Assembly: GCA_951406725.2 (NCBI GenBank)
Contig: OX597824.1
Location: 96,658,001 to 96,722,000 of the forward strand
Direction: 5' to 3'
Source: Octopus vulgaris
Taxonomy: Eukaryota
Length of the DNA stretch: 64,000 nt
Shown one piece after another: positions 1 through 15,650 of the stretch. Numbering within the stretch: the first letter of the stretch is position 1; each line of letters begins with the position of its first letter. Below the pieces are notes generated by a model. That model saw only the letters and a list, made by a program, of their open reading frames with translations, did not search any database and was not told the origin of the DNA. The position numbers and the translations under genes were made by a program.

Positions 1-249
1 TATATATATACATATATATGCATATATACATATATATATATATTATTGAAGTAGATAAATGAATTATCTTATTACGGATTATTCAAATGATAACCGAACC
101 CTGGGTAGCAAAAATCACAACAGAAAAGCACGGTTGAGGTTACGACCATGGGGCCTAACATATATATATATATATATATATGCATATTTACATACATATA
201 TATATACATATATATGCATATATATATATATATATGATTTGATTTTGAT

Positions 250-483
250 TTTTCCAGTTTCAGCTCATGAGCTGTGGCCATGCTGGGGCACCGCCATTTG
301 GTTTGCTACATGATTTTACCTCACGAATGCTTTTTAGCAACTGCCATTTGGTGCATGAGAGAGTTCGATGCAGCTGCCCTCATCTGCACCTCTTGCCGTG
401 AAGTTGGTTCAACTGGGACACCTGACAGGAAGAGATCCAGTCCTACTTTAAAGACATCCGCATCCACACCATGCAGGTCCCTG
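250..483 (-). mobile_element. CR1-group LINE 3' end fragment (ORF2 C-terminus + 3' tail)
   Basis: Minus frame reads [42 protein letters not shown], then the tail GGCGGTGCCCCAGCATGGCCACAGCTCATGAGCTGAAAC. Homologous to 26395-26740. Confidence 0.75.
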
Positions 484-499
484 CATATATACATACATG

Positions 500-595
<96 letters not shown>

Positions 596-679
596 TACAC
601 ATATATATATATACACAGATACATACGTATATATATATATGCATATATATATATGTATATATATATGTATATATATATA

Positions 680-814
<135 letters not shown>

Positions 815-954
815 GTATGTATATCCTCATTTCTATTTCATTAGCGCCATGCTCATTTCTAATTCTTTCTCATCTGCCTCTTCAAATTTTTTAACTTTAC
901 TTCTCCGTCTCTTTCCATACATTTACAGCAATCTATCCCAATCGTTACCTATTT

Positions 955-1212
<258 letters not shown>

Positions 1213-1431
1213 AACCCATCCACGCACAAATATATAATTAGACGAGATGGTGGGTAACATACTCAGTAACAACTATTTATAATTATCGAATACCTGCCTG
1301 CCTGCCAGCACGCATGCTTGTCTGTCTGTCTATCTATCTATCTATGTGTATGTAAATAAAAATATATGTGTTTGCGTGCGTGCGCATTTAGATTTTTATA
1401 TGTTAATAATAATCCGTTTTTACAATGGAGA

Positions 1432-1617
1432 CGAGTCCTGAAATTTGTGGGGGAACGTTTAGTCGATTCCATTGACCCCTGTACTCAACTGATGCTTATT
1501 TCATCGACCTCGAAAGAATGGAAAGCAAAGTCGACCCTGGCGGGATTTGAGCTCAGAATGTAAAGACGGACGAAATACCGTTATGCATTTTGTCCGGCGT
1601 GCTAACTATTCTGCCAC
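1432..1617 (-). mobile_element. tRNA-derived SINE, family B (GGCAGAA..GTTAGCACGCCGG..GAGTTCAAAT..GTCGACTTTGCCTTTCATCC)
   Basis: Homologous to the copies at 14335, 21513, 37812, 54205, 57655 and 61675; B-box-like GAG(T/C)TCAAATCC. Confidence 0.8.
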
Positions 1618-1628
1618 TCAATCGCTCC

Positions 1629-1677
<49 letters not shown>

Positions 1678-1680
<3 letters not shown>

Positions 1681-2234
1681 GCCCTGATGCAGTACCAGGC
1701 AGTGGCTCTCATGGCTTCTGATCTTAACTGATTGGAAGTGTTATCATGTACATTGTTTTGTCTTGGTATAAAAGATGGGCTACAGCAAATATTCTGCTCA
1801 ATACCACAGATTTGCTTGTCAGTTGTTTGACTTTAACCAGTTGAGCATGTCCCTTAGTGGCTGACGATATGTGCATCTCTGATCACGAGCAGAAGTAGTG
1901 GGGGAGCATCATAGCCATGTGTTGAGAGGGATTCTTTGGGGTTTGAATAATTCACCTCTGGAAACATGGGTGGTTCTTTCAACATCCTTAAACAACCCTT
2001 ACTCAGGGACCTTTTGAGTGGGATGGGCTACTCAACCTGAAGAAAATTCTAATTGGGCCCCACCTGCAAGGTCATGTGCTGTTTATCTTGATATGAGATC
2101 ACCATGTCGCGCACATATGGTTGTGATGCATGTGCCTGGTGTACCTTTATCAGACGGGTAGTCATGATGGGTATATTGGGCTTCGTATATTTTACCCCAG
2201 TGTCACTTTGATGGCATGAACTGCTCTCTCACTC
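1678..2234. mobile_element. ~560-bp non-coding interspersed element inserted in an (AAT)n microsatellite
   Basis: (AAT)n on both flanks; a partial second copy at ~53468-53588 matches 1985-2103. Confidence 0.7.
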
Positions 2235-2272
<38 letters not shown>

Positions 2273-2554
2273 GGACCTTTGCTGTTTGTGTAGTTCAGAG
2301 AGACTGCGATATTTTTTGCCATCTCTCTTTCATGTACTTCAGTTTAATTTGAAAGCTGATGCTACTCCGGCAAGTTATCGATAATGAAGAGCCAAATATC
2401 AGTTTCCAAGATTATAAAAAAAATATGAATTCCCGCAGCTGGTAAATTAACTAAACCCTCAGAAAATAACCGATTATTTCCAAGTCAAAGTAGACGTTGA
2501 TTGGGCTGTACAGGCATGAAGCAGACTAATCGGCATTGTGACTTTTGGGTTCCG

Positions 2555-2852
2555 TCAAAAGAACCAGAAGTCTTTAGTCATAGACATAGGCTGGTTAAAT
2601 TCTTGTGAGTGTAGTTTGCTAAACTGAAATAGACGAACGGACCATTCTCGGAATGGGGGTGGTATAAAGATTCTCTCACACACTTTAATACCATGAGCAG
2701 AGCGTAGGGTGTCTTTAGTGCAGTCCATTCTGTTGTTAGAATACAAGCTCAAGAACGGAGTCCTTGCATAACCTCCACAATTTCCAGCACCGTGTGGGGA
2801 AGCCATGTAAAGAATCATTAGGGCTGCGCTGCTTCTTTTTGGGTGGCAAGAA
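2555..2852 (-). other. Candidate (terminal?) exon of an unidentified minus-strand gene
   Basis: Long polypyrimidine tract ending TTTTCTTTTTTAG| at 2853, followed by unique non-repetitive sequence; reading frame undetermined. Confidence 0.25.
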
Positions 2853-2993
2853 CTAAAAAAGAAAAGAAAAACATAGAGAGAGGAATAAGGAGTAAAGAAA
2901 AAAACCCATTAAGAACATGGATTTGTTGATTTTCGTAATGAAAGGGAATGACAATGTATGATATTGGGGGAAATGTAATACGTTTGTAATATC

Positions 2994-3528
<535 letters not shown>

Positions 3529-3531
<3 letters not shown>

Positions 3532-3751
3532 TTCAGCAACAATTTAGATTCAAATGAATATGGCACTTAATTTAGATGCACCCAAATTTTTTATGGTGTT
3601 ACCCATAAAAATATGCGGGGTGATTATAATAAAAAAATAAGCAACAAGAATGAATCCAGTAATTTAGTACAATTGTTTCATACTACAACATTTTATTAAA
3701 AGCTGTAAATATTACAGCAGATTTAAGATGCCGAGTAATCTTCAGCTAATT

Positions 3752-3752
<1 letters not shown>
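3529..3752. mobile_element. PLE-type repeat family (AAGTTCAGCAAAAATTYAGATTCAGATGAATATGGTACTTAA...)
   Basis: Homologous copies at ~53352-53455 (truncated) and ~57249-57545; carries a hammerhead. Confidence 0.65.
3664..3749 (-). ncRNA. Type I hammerhead ribozyme (U10.1-U11.1 variant)
   Basis: Minus strand: TTAG-CTGAAGA-TTACT...AGTAT-GAAA-CAATTG-TA^CTAA. Confidence 0.75.
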
Positions 3753-3797
<45 letters not shown>

Positions 3798-3852
3798 CAT
3801 ATCTAACTTGTTGTCTACACATACACGCGCAAAAACACGCACATATATTCAT

Positions 3853-3897
<45 letters not shown>

Positions 3898-3966
3898 CAT
3901 ATAGATATATATACATATAGATATATATGTATATGTATATATGTATCTCTCTCTCTCTCTCTCTCT

Positions 3967-4005
<39 letters not shown>

Positions 4006-4076
4006 ATATCTATATCTATACATATATGTATATATGTGAGTATGTATATATCTATATCTATATCTATATATATCTA

Positions 4077-4127
<51 letters not shown>

Positions 4128-4130
4128 ATA

Positions 4131-4177
<47 letters not shown>

Positions 4178-4518
4178 ACAGAATTACTATCCATGCATTG
4201 TAGCACTCCGGAAATAATTCATACATTTATTAAAAACACTGGCAATGTTTAAAATGAAGGATATTTTCTACTCATCATTGATATAAATCCATACATGCTA
4301 AAATACGCGCGCGCGCGCGCGCACACACACGCACACACACACACACACATACACACGCAAATGTACGCAGGTACGCATCGCCATGTAACAATAACTACGC
4401 ATATACATGAACGGAACGCAGGCACATACACAGACACGTGCATTCACGCACATATATACAAGCATATATATATAAATATATATATATCTTAAACATATAT
4501 ACTAATAGATATATATGC

Positions 4519-4550
<32 letters not shown>

Positions 4551-4684
4551 ATACCAAATATTATATATATATATTTATGATTTTATGTGTGTATATACTG
4601 ACTTTTAAATGTATATATATGTAGGAAGTATGCAAATTACACAATATGCATATATTTGCATATATTTATTTATGTCTATATATA

Positions 4685-4804
<120 letters not shown>

Positions 4805-4829
4805 TGCGCGTGTATAAATGATTTCGTTT

Positions 4830-4864
<35 letters not shown>

Positions 4865-5205
4865 CAAGTATACCTTCGTGTATCCATGCCTGCATGTGTG
4901 CGCGCGTGCCTCTGTGTATCACCTTCCTTCCATATAAAATCATGTAAATTGTATAAGAATTATACATTATAAATGCACATTAAACAATTTTGCAACTTAT
5001 AGAATATGTTATATATATTTTATAGCAGTTATATACGTACATACCTTTCTATATACACCTATATATAGACATACATGCTTGCATAGATGCATACATTCCT
5101 ACATACCTACATGTACTGATATAGACGTGTTTGCATATGTGTGTGTGTGAGTATTTATATATGAATAGATATACATGTAGATGTGTATATACGTGTGTGC
5201 GCGCC

Positions 5206-5247
<42 letters not shown>

Positions 5248-5300
5248 AAAAAGAAGTTTGAAAACGCCTCTATATAAGGTAAATTTTAATTTTCTAAGAG

Positions 5301-5348
5301 ATTTTACATGTTTCGGTTCTTCTTGAAAAAACGAACCTTACCAAAAAT
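5301..5348 (-). ncRNA. Hammerhead ribozyme variant (U3-A8, G6)
   Basis: Minus strand: ATTT-TTGGTAA-GGTTC(13 nt)GAACC-GAAA-CATG-TA^AAAT. Confidence 0.6.
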
Positions 5349-5422
5349 GTTTTTAAAAGTTAAGGGTAAAAAAAAATATCTTCATAATTGTTTATTACTG
5401 GTCTCAACATAGTCCACGAGGT

Positions 5423-5453
<31 letters not shown>

Positions 5454-5479
5454 GTGTATGTATATATATGAATATATGA

Positions 5480-5510
<31 letters not shown>

Positions 5511-5721
5511 CGTGTGTGGTATACACACACACACAAACACACACACACACACACCACACACACACACATATATATATACATATATATATATATATACACG
5601 CATGTACGAAGGGTTGTATGTATAGGTACATATACATAAACACATACATATATATTTATATCTGTGTTTGCATATACACAAATATGTATATATATGTATA
5701 TATCTTGAAGCAAATAAGTGT

Positions 5722-5780
<59 letters not shown>

Positions 5781-5899
5781 CATATATATATACATATGTA
5801 CATACACACACACATATACATATATACACTTATATATACTTTATATATATGCATACACAAAAACCCGCGCACATATATCATGCATACAAATATATATAT

Positions 5900-6019
<120 letters not shown>

Positions 6020-6331
6020 TATTCTACATACATACGTACATAAATACCTACGTTTGTGGATGCCTGTGTGCTGTATATATTTCAGTGTATGATAGGCTGT
6101 CGTTGTCCAATAAGAAGCCCAATTGACAGATTGTGTTCGTTTGTTTACGTCCCCGTGAGCTAGCGGTTTCACGAAGAGACCGATGCAATAAGTACCAGGA
6201 TTTCTAAAAATTATTCATCAGTGCGGTTGGCTCGTTTCACTGAAAAATCTTAAAACCAGTGCATCAGTATGACTAAAGTTTAATGAGTGAAAGAATTAAG
6301 AGACAAAAGGGAAAGAATATAAATATATGCA

Positions 6332-6493
<162 letters not shown>

Positions 6494-6578
6494 CATACAT
6501 ATATGTAGATGTATATATATATATATATTCATATGTATATATACATATATATATATAAAACAAATGTATGTGTATAGG

Positions 6579-6632
<54 letters not shown>

Positions 6633-6672
6633 TATATATATACATACACATATATATATAAATGTATATATA

Positions 6673-7046
6673 TCTCTCTATATATAAACGGCAGTTTGTC
6701 TGTGTGTGTGTCTGTGTGTCTGTTTGCTTGTACCCTCACCCTGACCACGGCTTTCAACCGATTCTGATGAAACTTGACACACACATAGCCCAATGTCATA
6801 ATTCAAAACTAACACAGCGAAAATTTTGAAAAGTTCCCCCAGTTCTGAAAAAAATCGATAAATTCGACATGGGGTCGAGAATCAGAAACACAAACCACAG
6901 ACTGTCTAGGGGACGCAACTCGACCTTTTTAACTAAAAAAAAAAAATTTACCATAATTTTTTTTCCATTTTTTGGCTATAACTCTCTAAAAATGCTTTAT
7001 AGTTATTTCCCTTACAAACCCGAGCAACGCCGGGCGATACTGCTAG
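6673..7046 (+). mobile_element. Non-autonomous Helitron
   Basis: Starts TC after an A; subterminal hairpin CCCG-AGCAACGC-CGGG (7019-7034); ends CTAG followed by T; no TSD. Confidence 0.75.
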
Positions 7047-7911
7047 TGTATATATATATAAAAACAATATCTATATATATATGCATATATATCCATATGC
7101 ATATATATACATTTATACATTTATACATACATATATATACATGTATATATATGTGCATAATTATATATATAGATGTATATATATATGTATATATACATAT
7201 ATTATTAGTGAATTGAAAAAATGGAGTTGAACGAAGATTGAACAGAAATCGTTTTATTGCATTCTACTTTTGATTAATCTGCAACAAGATTATTCATCTT
7301 TCTATTTCACAAAATATATATACATATATATATATACATATATATATACATATATATATATACATACATATATATATATGTATGTGTATGTATATATATA
7401 TACATCCATCCATCCATATATATTTGTAATTTATGTGTGTATAATTATTTAAATGCATATAATTATGACAAATATGAAAATATTTCCACATATAGATACA
7501 CACATACACACTCGGGCACATACGCACACATATATGCATGTATATTTATATAAGTCTATACATATATATGTTTAGATATATATATTCTCATATATATGTA
7601 GATATACATACATATATGAATATATGTGAATCCAAGCGTGCTCTTATTCATATATTTATAATCATGCAGCCGTATAATTTATACACAGGTAAAAATTAGT
7701 GTTATACAGTTACACTCATTCAGGTGTACATACACACACATGCATTTTTCTGTTTATACATACATACACATGTATACATTTATGTATGCTTGTACGTGAG
7801 GTCGTCTTATAAAATACATATATGCATACATGTATATACATATGTATATATGTATAAATATATTAATATATATGTATATATATACGTATACATTTTGTAT
7901 ACAATTTCTCC

Positions 7912-7951
<40 letters not shown>

Positions 7952-8054
7952 CATATATCTACATGTACACACATATATATGTTATATGTGTTCGTTGTGT
8001 AGGAATATTTAAAAAAATTTAGAATTTTTGATGAATACTGTTGAAAGACATATT

Positions 8055-8154
<100 letters not shown>

Positions 8155-8156
8155 AG

Positions 8157-8453
8157 CGCAGGCGTGGTTGTGTGGTGAGAAGCTTTCTTCCCACCCACTG
8201 GGTGGCACCTTAGGCAAGTGTCTTCTACTGTAGTCACGGGCCAACCAAAATCTTGTGAGTAGGTTCGGTAGACGAAACTGAAAGAAGCCCGACATATATG
8301 TATATATCTTTGTGTGTCTGTGTTTGTTCCTGCACGACCCCTTGACAACCGATGTTGGTGTGATTCCGTCCCAGACACATAGCGGTCCGGCAAAGAGACA
8401 GATAGAATAAGTACTATGCTTAAAAAGAACAAGTCCTGGGGTCGGTTTGTTCG
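8157..8453 (+). mobile_element. SINE family A (internally deleted)
   Basis: GGCGTGGTTGTGTGGT head, CCTTAGGCAAGTGTCTTCTAC, GAAACTGAAAGAAGCCCG; many copies in the window. Confidence 0.85.
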
Positions 8454-8488
8454 AAATCAATAGATGAATAAATGACTACTAGAATACA

Positions 8489-8546
<58 letters not shown>

Positions 8547-8567
8547 GTATATATACAATAAATTCAG

Positions 8568-8644
<77 letters not shown>

Positions 8645-8955
8645 ATGTGAATATGAGTGTGCACATGTATACATACATACATACATACATATATACATAC
8701 TTACATATATACATACACATATATATAATTTACATAATAACGGATTTTTTAGAAATTTCTATCGGTTTGTTTCGAGACGCATAAATTATAATGGTTATTG
8801 ACAATTTTTGTCTTTTTTTCGGCATATTTGACATTAGAATTTTTCTTTTGCCCTCATCTTGTAAATTATTTATAAATTTAACCTTCAAAGGTATTTTTTG
8901 ATATACTGGCCATTGATGAAATTCTTTTCCCGAAAAAAATTTCATCCTACATTAG

Positions 8956-9011
<56 letters not shown>

Positions 9012-9341
9012 ATGTATATGTACATATATATGCATATACATATATGGATATAGATATATATTTTAAAAATATATATACATAGGCTTATATATATATATAT
9101 ATATATTAACATATATGTATGTATATATGCATACATCTATATATTTATTATATATATATGTGTGTGTATCTCCCCACTTTTTGTATGTAGCAACATCAAA
9201 TGCCGGTAGTCCAGCATGGCCACCGCTCGTAAGCTGAGACTATCTCAATTCAAATGAATTGTCAAATACATACATTGAACGAACATATTAAATTCGAGTC
9301 AACGAATTTAATAATCACATATAAATATCACCATGGTTCAT

Positions 9342-9386
<45 letters not shown>

Positions 9387-10115
9387 ACAGGTTCCCCTAT
9401 TTCCACAACATTCATCCCCCATGCTTGATTGACTCAGCGTTAATCATTCCCATCTTACTGGAAAAGTCATTTCTCCGACAGTGTATTGCATTGGGCTTCC
9501 CTGCAGTCTCCACTACTATGCGCAATAAGCATACTTTATAGGTGTATATATTACCCGTATCTACACATACATGTGTAACTATGCATATACATATGCATGT
9601 ATGTGTATATATATATGCATATGTATGTGTATGTATACACACACACACACACACATATATATATGTACATATATATATATATATACATATTTACATATGT
9701 ACATACATGAAAGTATATATATATATATATACATATTTACATATGTATAAAAAATATGCTTATATATATATATATATATATATCTATATATACATACATA
9801 TATACATATGTGTGTATGTGTGTGTGTGAGTGTGTATGTATATATATATACTTATATATGCACGTATAAAATATACATACATACATTTATATATACATTC
9901 ATATATATAGATTATATATCTGTATGTATAAGTGCATGTATACATGTATGTATGTATGTATGTATGTATGTATGTATGTATGTATGTATGTATGTATGTA
10001 TGTATGTATGTATGTATGTACGTATGAATGTATGTATGTATAAATGCATGTATACATGTATGTATGTATGTATGTATGTATACATTTATGTATGTATTTA
10101 TCTCTTGTCTGTCTG

Positions 10116-10167
<52 letters not shown>

Positions 10168-11247
10168 CCTATCTATCTATCTATCTATATATGTATAAAC
10201 ACACGCACACACACACACTTGTGAAAAAAAATCATACAACTGGCTTTACTCAGTTTCTGCCAACCAGATCCACCACCAAGCAATACAGATGTAATATTTC
10301 TATAGAAATGTAACATGTATTATTAACCAGACATTCATAAAACTGGGCTGGAACTACGGATGTATAATCTTTCATTTGGAACAGTGGATCTCGATGCAGA
10401 TGATAAAGTTATGAGGAATAGCGTGTAAAATTTGAATTAAAAAAGCCTCCATCTTGGTGGAAAAATAGAAGGCTATCTGTGGGATGGGAACCCAGAACTT
10501 GTGGAAACGTAACAAACTCTGTAGAATATTAGGATGTTTAATTAAGGAGGCCTCCCTTCTGCCATCATCACCGATAGTCATATGCTCTAAGATACGAAGG
10601 AGGAGGCTAGAAATAATAGCCAAATTTTCCTGTAGGGATAGCATAGTTTTAAGGAAAGGATTCGTTGGATAATGTGCTCCTGGCTTCTGTGCATATAAGG
10701 GAAGAAACGTGATGGTCACGGCTGGAATTCCATTGATTATAGGTTTACTAAATAATAGCTGATCTGGATCTAAAAAAGAAGAAGACAAAAGAAGAAGAGG
10801 AGGAGGAGGAGGAGGAGGAGGAAAGAGGGGATGAGAAGGAGAAGAAGAAAACTAAGAAGGAAGAGGATGTGGAGGAGAAAGAGGAGTAGGTGGAGGAGGA
10901 GAAGTAAAAGAAAACTAAGAATAAGAAGAAGAAGAAGAAGAAGAAGAAGGAGAAGAAGAAGAAGATTCAATGACAGACTCGATCATGCTCACCTGACCTG
11001 CTAGATATAGACGTCAATCTCCCTCCTATAACGTTGAGTTACATTTGATACAATAGACTCATAAATGCACACAAATAAACGTGATTGACACATTTGGAAC
11101 GTCTCTGATCATAGATCTACACGGTTCGGGTTTAATTGACCTTTGACCTTTACCTACTACCTCATCTCACCCCCATCTATACGGTTACTACTAATACTGT
11201 TACCAGAACTTCAACCACCAACGCCACTGAACTACTACAATGAACAG

Positions 11248-11562
11248 CCACCAACCACCACCACCACCACCACCACCACCACCACCACCACCACCACCAC
11301 CACCACCACCACCACCACCACCATCACCACCACCACCACCACCACCACTACCACCACCACAACCACCACCACCACCACCACCCACCACCACCACCACCAC
11401 CACCACCACCACCACCACCATCACCACCACCACCACCACCACCATCACCACCACCACCACCACCACCACCACCACCACCACCACCACAACCACCACCACC
11501 ACCACCACCACCACCACCACCACCACCACCACCACCACCACCACCACCACCACCACCACCAC
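11248..11562. repeat. (CCA)n microsatellite
   Basis: Direct reading of the sequence. Confidence 0.95.
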
Positions 11563-11843
11563 TATTCGCACCATCACGATGACCATTACACCAAACACCT
11601 CAGGCCCTTAATCCAACCCTACTCCTCTATCTCCCTTCTCTACACTCTATTTTCCCCTGGCCCTTACAAAACGATCGCACCCGTACCCCACCCGAATCCA
11701 GTTCTACCTGCACATTACACCCAGCTGCTCCTTAATCATAATAAACTAGTCATCACTCTACATGCAGCAAACTGCAACTAACTGCAGCTAAATGCGCCGA
11801 ACAATGATGCATGCATTAATCATTCTCTCTCTCTTTCTCTCTT

Positions 11844-11879
<36 letters not shown>

Positions 11880-11957
11880 CTTCTCTCTCTTTCTCTCTCT
11901 CTCTCTACCTCCTCCAACACTCTACTGTTCTCTCAACTTACAAATATATATATCTTC

Positions 11958-12150
11958 TTTTATTCTTTTACTTGTTTCAGTCATTTGACTGTGGCCATGC
12001 AGGAGCACCGCCTTTTAATCGAGCAAATCGATCCCAGGACTTATTCTTTATACGCCTAGTACTTATTCTATCGGCCTATTTTGCCGAACCGCTAAGTTAC
12101 GGGGACGTAAACACACCAGCATCGGTTATCAAGCGATGGCGAGGGGACTC
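11958..12150 (-). mobile_element. SINE family A, 3' half
   Basis: TTACTTGTTTCAGTCATTTGACTGTGGCCATGC tail. Confidence 0.85.
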
Positions 12151-12195
12151 ATAAACACATATATTTATGTTTTATAGATATATGTATATATACAT

Positions 12196-12244
<49 letters not shown>

Positions 12245-12939
12245 CAATTTCCCCAAACAGGGACACAATTCAATTTTTAAACAATAACCAAAGCCCCTTC
12301 TCCGAAAGGGAGAGGGTTACGGTTTACAATTATTTAACAAATGCAACACAACAACGTTTCCCTGACGAGGAACCAACAAACGGGATTACAATAGTCAAAC
12401 AGTAATAATAATAACAACAAACCTTTTTAATTTATCCCCATTTATGTGAAACCACTTATTCAAGTTCAAGTCATTGATGCAATTTTATACGAATTGCTAA
12501 TACACACACACACATAATAAGGGTGAAAAATTGAATATTAATTTGATTAATATGAATTGAAAACCAGTGATATAGCATATAAGACCATAGCGGATCTTCC
12601 TCTAGCAAAAAGGATGACCAGTATTAATGGCTCATCCCTGTTATATAAATACTTTCACTTTAATTGTTGCACACTTGCAAAGAGAAAGTAGGAGAAAGTG
12701 TGGTGGTAATGGAAGGAGTGAAGCACTTGAAATAAGAGAGGGAAATCGTAAAATATTGAGTTTTCTCGAATTTTTGCTTAATTGGGGTGAAATTGAAAAA
12801 ACGTTACATGCCATGACCCAATGGAATCTACTTCGAAAAATCATAGGTAAATTCCAATTGAAGAAATTCTATATTGTACAATTGTATAAAAAAACAAACA
12901 ATTTGGGAGGCAGAGAAAATCTGCCTTTTATCATAAGAG

Positions 12940-13145
12940 GTACTGGGGCACCGCCTTTCACTGTGCTTGGGGTTCTTTTCTGTACAGTTCTTGATGAAGA
13001 AGCGATTTCGACGAAGCTTCTCTTCTTTGTGCCACATGTCGCCATGTGGGTTCATTTGGTATCTCAGATACGAGCTTGTCTACATATTCCCTGAACACCT
13101 CCACATCTGCACCTCTCAAATCTCTGAGGCTGTTAGGCGGGGAAC
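12940..13145 (-). mobile_element. Diverged CR1-group LINE 3' end
   Basis: Manual minus translation PNSLRDLRGADVEVFREYVDKLVSEIPNEPTWRHVAQRREASSKSLLHQ, then AAGGCGGTGCCCCAG; aligns to the 26451-26810 ORF. Confidence 0.65.
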
Positions 13146-13201
13146 AGACTATAGAAATAGAACTTAATACATGAGTATATACGCCTCATATATTTGTAAT
13201 C

Positions 13202-13270
<69 letters not shown>

Positions 13271-13274
13271 CTGT

Positions 13275-13606
13275 CTGGCAAGTGTCTTCTGCTATAGCCT
13301 CGGCCACCCAAAGCCTTGTGAGTGGATTTGGTAGGCGGAAACTGAAAGAAGCCCGTCGTATATATATATATCTGTGTGTGTGTGTGTGTGTGTGAGTATA
13401 TGTTTGTGTGTATCTTTGTGTGTCTGTGCTTGTCCCCCAACCATCGCGTGACGACCGATGTTGGTGTGTTTATGCCCCTGATACTTAGCAGCTCGGCAAA
13501 AGAGACCGATAGAATAAGTACTAGGCTCACAACGAATAAGTCCTGGGGTAATTTGTTCTACTAAAAGCGGTGCCCCAGCATGGCAGCTGTCAAATTACTG
13601 AAACAA
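13275..13606 (+). mobile_element. SINE family A (5' truncated)
   Basis: Family body and tail motifs. Confidence 0.85.
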
Positions 13607-13611
13607 ATATA

Positions 13612-13650
<39 letters not shown>

Positions 13651-14334
13651 CTCTTTTAATAAATAGTATGTGTGTATATATGTATACACATACACATTTT
13701 CAATAATAGCCTGTTGGTTGAAACAGTTGGAAACACTCACTTGCAACGTCTATTTGATATCCCATCAGTAACACACACACACATACACACACACACATGC
13801 ACACACACTCACACACGCACACACACACGCACACACACACACACATGCACACACACACTCACACACACACACACACAGACCCCCCAACCACACACACTCA
13901 TACACACGCACACACAGACTGACACACGGATACGCACACAAACTACGAGAAATACAGAAAGCCGAAACCGTTTTTATTTCTGTTTCTGGTTTTTTGTATA
14001 TTTCTGCTCCATTGGTCGAAATGTGAGCTGGACGAGGTCAGAAACATAGCCAAGAGGAAGGCTTAGAAAGAATTAACCCTTCATTCTCTGTAATATGGTA
14101 GAAATAAATCCTAATACCAAGTATTCAGTGACGGATCCAGTTTAATAATCCTTTACTGGTCACACTCGGTTAATAAAAATATAACAATAATAATCAAAAT
14201 ACATTAAGAGAAAAGATTTTGCCCGACACAAAAAAAGCTTTTATTCTTACGAAATGGAAAGTGAAAGTTGGTTGTTATGGTAACAATCTCTTTGTGAAAA
14301 ATTAGAGTTTCACAGAATCAACAAATCTTATATT

Positions 14335-14731
14335 CTTTTTTACTCTCGGCACAAGTCCCGAAATCTTTTGGGAGGGGGCCAGTCGATTAGATCGACCCCA
14401 GTACGTAACTGATACTTAATTGATCGACCCCGAAAGGATGAAAGGCAAAGTCGACCTCGGCGGAATTTGAACTCAGAACATAAAAATAGACAAAATACCT
14501 ATTTCTTTACTACCCACAAGGGGCTAAACACAGAGAAGACAAACAAGGACAGACAAACGGATTAAGTCGATTATATCGACCCTAGTGCGTAACTGTACTT
14601 ATTTAATCGACCCCGAAAGGATGAAAGGCAAAGTCGACCTCGGCGGAATTTGAACTCAGAACGTAGCGGCAAACGAAATACCGCCAAGCATTTCGCCCGG
14701 CTTGCTAACGCTTCTGCCAGCTCGCCGCCTT
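14335..14731 (-). mobile_element. Composite/dimeric SINE family B with 17-bp TSD
   Basis: TCAACAAATCTTATATT at 14318-14334 and 14732-14748; the core CGACCCCGAAAGGATGAAAGGCAAAGTCGACCTCGGCGGAATTTGAACTCAGAAC occurs twice. Confidence 0.85.
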
Positions 14732-15044
14732 TCAACAAATCTTATATTGCTAGCTATACGCTAGAAATGGATCCTAGACACAAATATTCGGTGACGGCGA
14801 AAGTTCTAGAAATTTGACTGAATGTTATAAAAAACTGGGTTTTGAACTCGCAGCCAGAAGAACTTCAAGTGCTTCTCAAAACTCTGTCGATTAATTTGTT
14901 GTTTTCACTATGTCTACTTATTGTCTCTTCAATAATCACGAATGGTTTTCACATTAGTAACTAAAATATTTTATACAATGAAGACACGTAGCAATCACGT
15001 TCACTGTTTCATGTATAATGTATTTAGAAATTGCTGTAACTAAC

Positions 15045-15378
15045 TGGGCTTCCGTCTGTCACGACGACGAGTGGTGCACTTGATCCGATCAGCGGAGTAA
15101 GGTGCTTGGGAAATTAACGTGCAAGTGGGTACACAGACACGTGCAAGGGGTACACAGACACGTGTACCCCTTCTCATACTTCTCAGGGAGATTCAGTGTG
15201 ACACGGAATGTGATAAGGCTGATCCCTTGAAATTCTGGTACAGCTCATTTTTGCCAGCCGAGTGGACTGGAGCAACGTGAAATAAAGTGTCTTACTCAAG
15301 GACACAACGCATCACTGAATTGAACTCATGACCTTACGATCGTCATCCGAATATCTTAACCACTGAGCGACGCACCAT
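15045..15378 (-). mobile_element. tRNA-derived SINE family C
   Basis: GAGTGGACTGGAGCAACGTGAAATAAAGTGTCTT..CAAGGACACAAC core; homologous to 23820-24140. Confidence 0.8.
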
Positions 15379-15474
15379 CGTTATTCCTGTACATATGTAA
15401 ATGCAAATATTACAGGTAATAAAAAGAAAGGTAAGTTACCCAAGCTTTAGTGTCGTCCTTCTCACCTTCTTGAA

Positions 15475-15650
15475 GGCGGCTAACCTTGTGGTTACGGTGA
15501 TGCACTCAAGCTCACAAGATCATGGGTTCAATTCCCAGGCCGGCGGTGCTTTGTGTTCTTGAGCAAAACACTTCATTCACCTTGTTCCATTCCACTTAGC
15601 TGTAAATAGGAAACTCTAAGCCGGACTGGCGTCCGTTCAGGAGTGATGTC
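15475..15650 (+). mobile_element. SINE head fragment (family C-like)
   Basis: B box GGTTCAATTCC followed by TTCTTGAGCAAAACACTTCA. Confidence 0.6.

Noticed and set aside
12355-12390. CTGACGA hammerhead-like core
   Set aside because: No GAAA, stem II or UH site in the proper arrangement; at best a decayed copy
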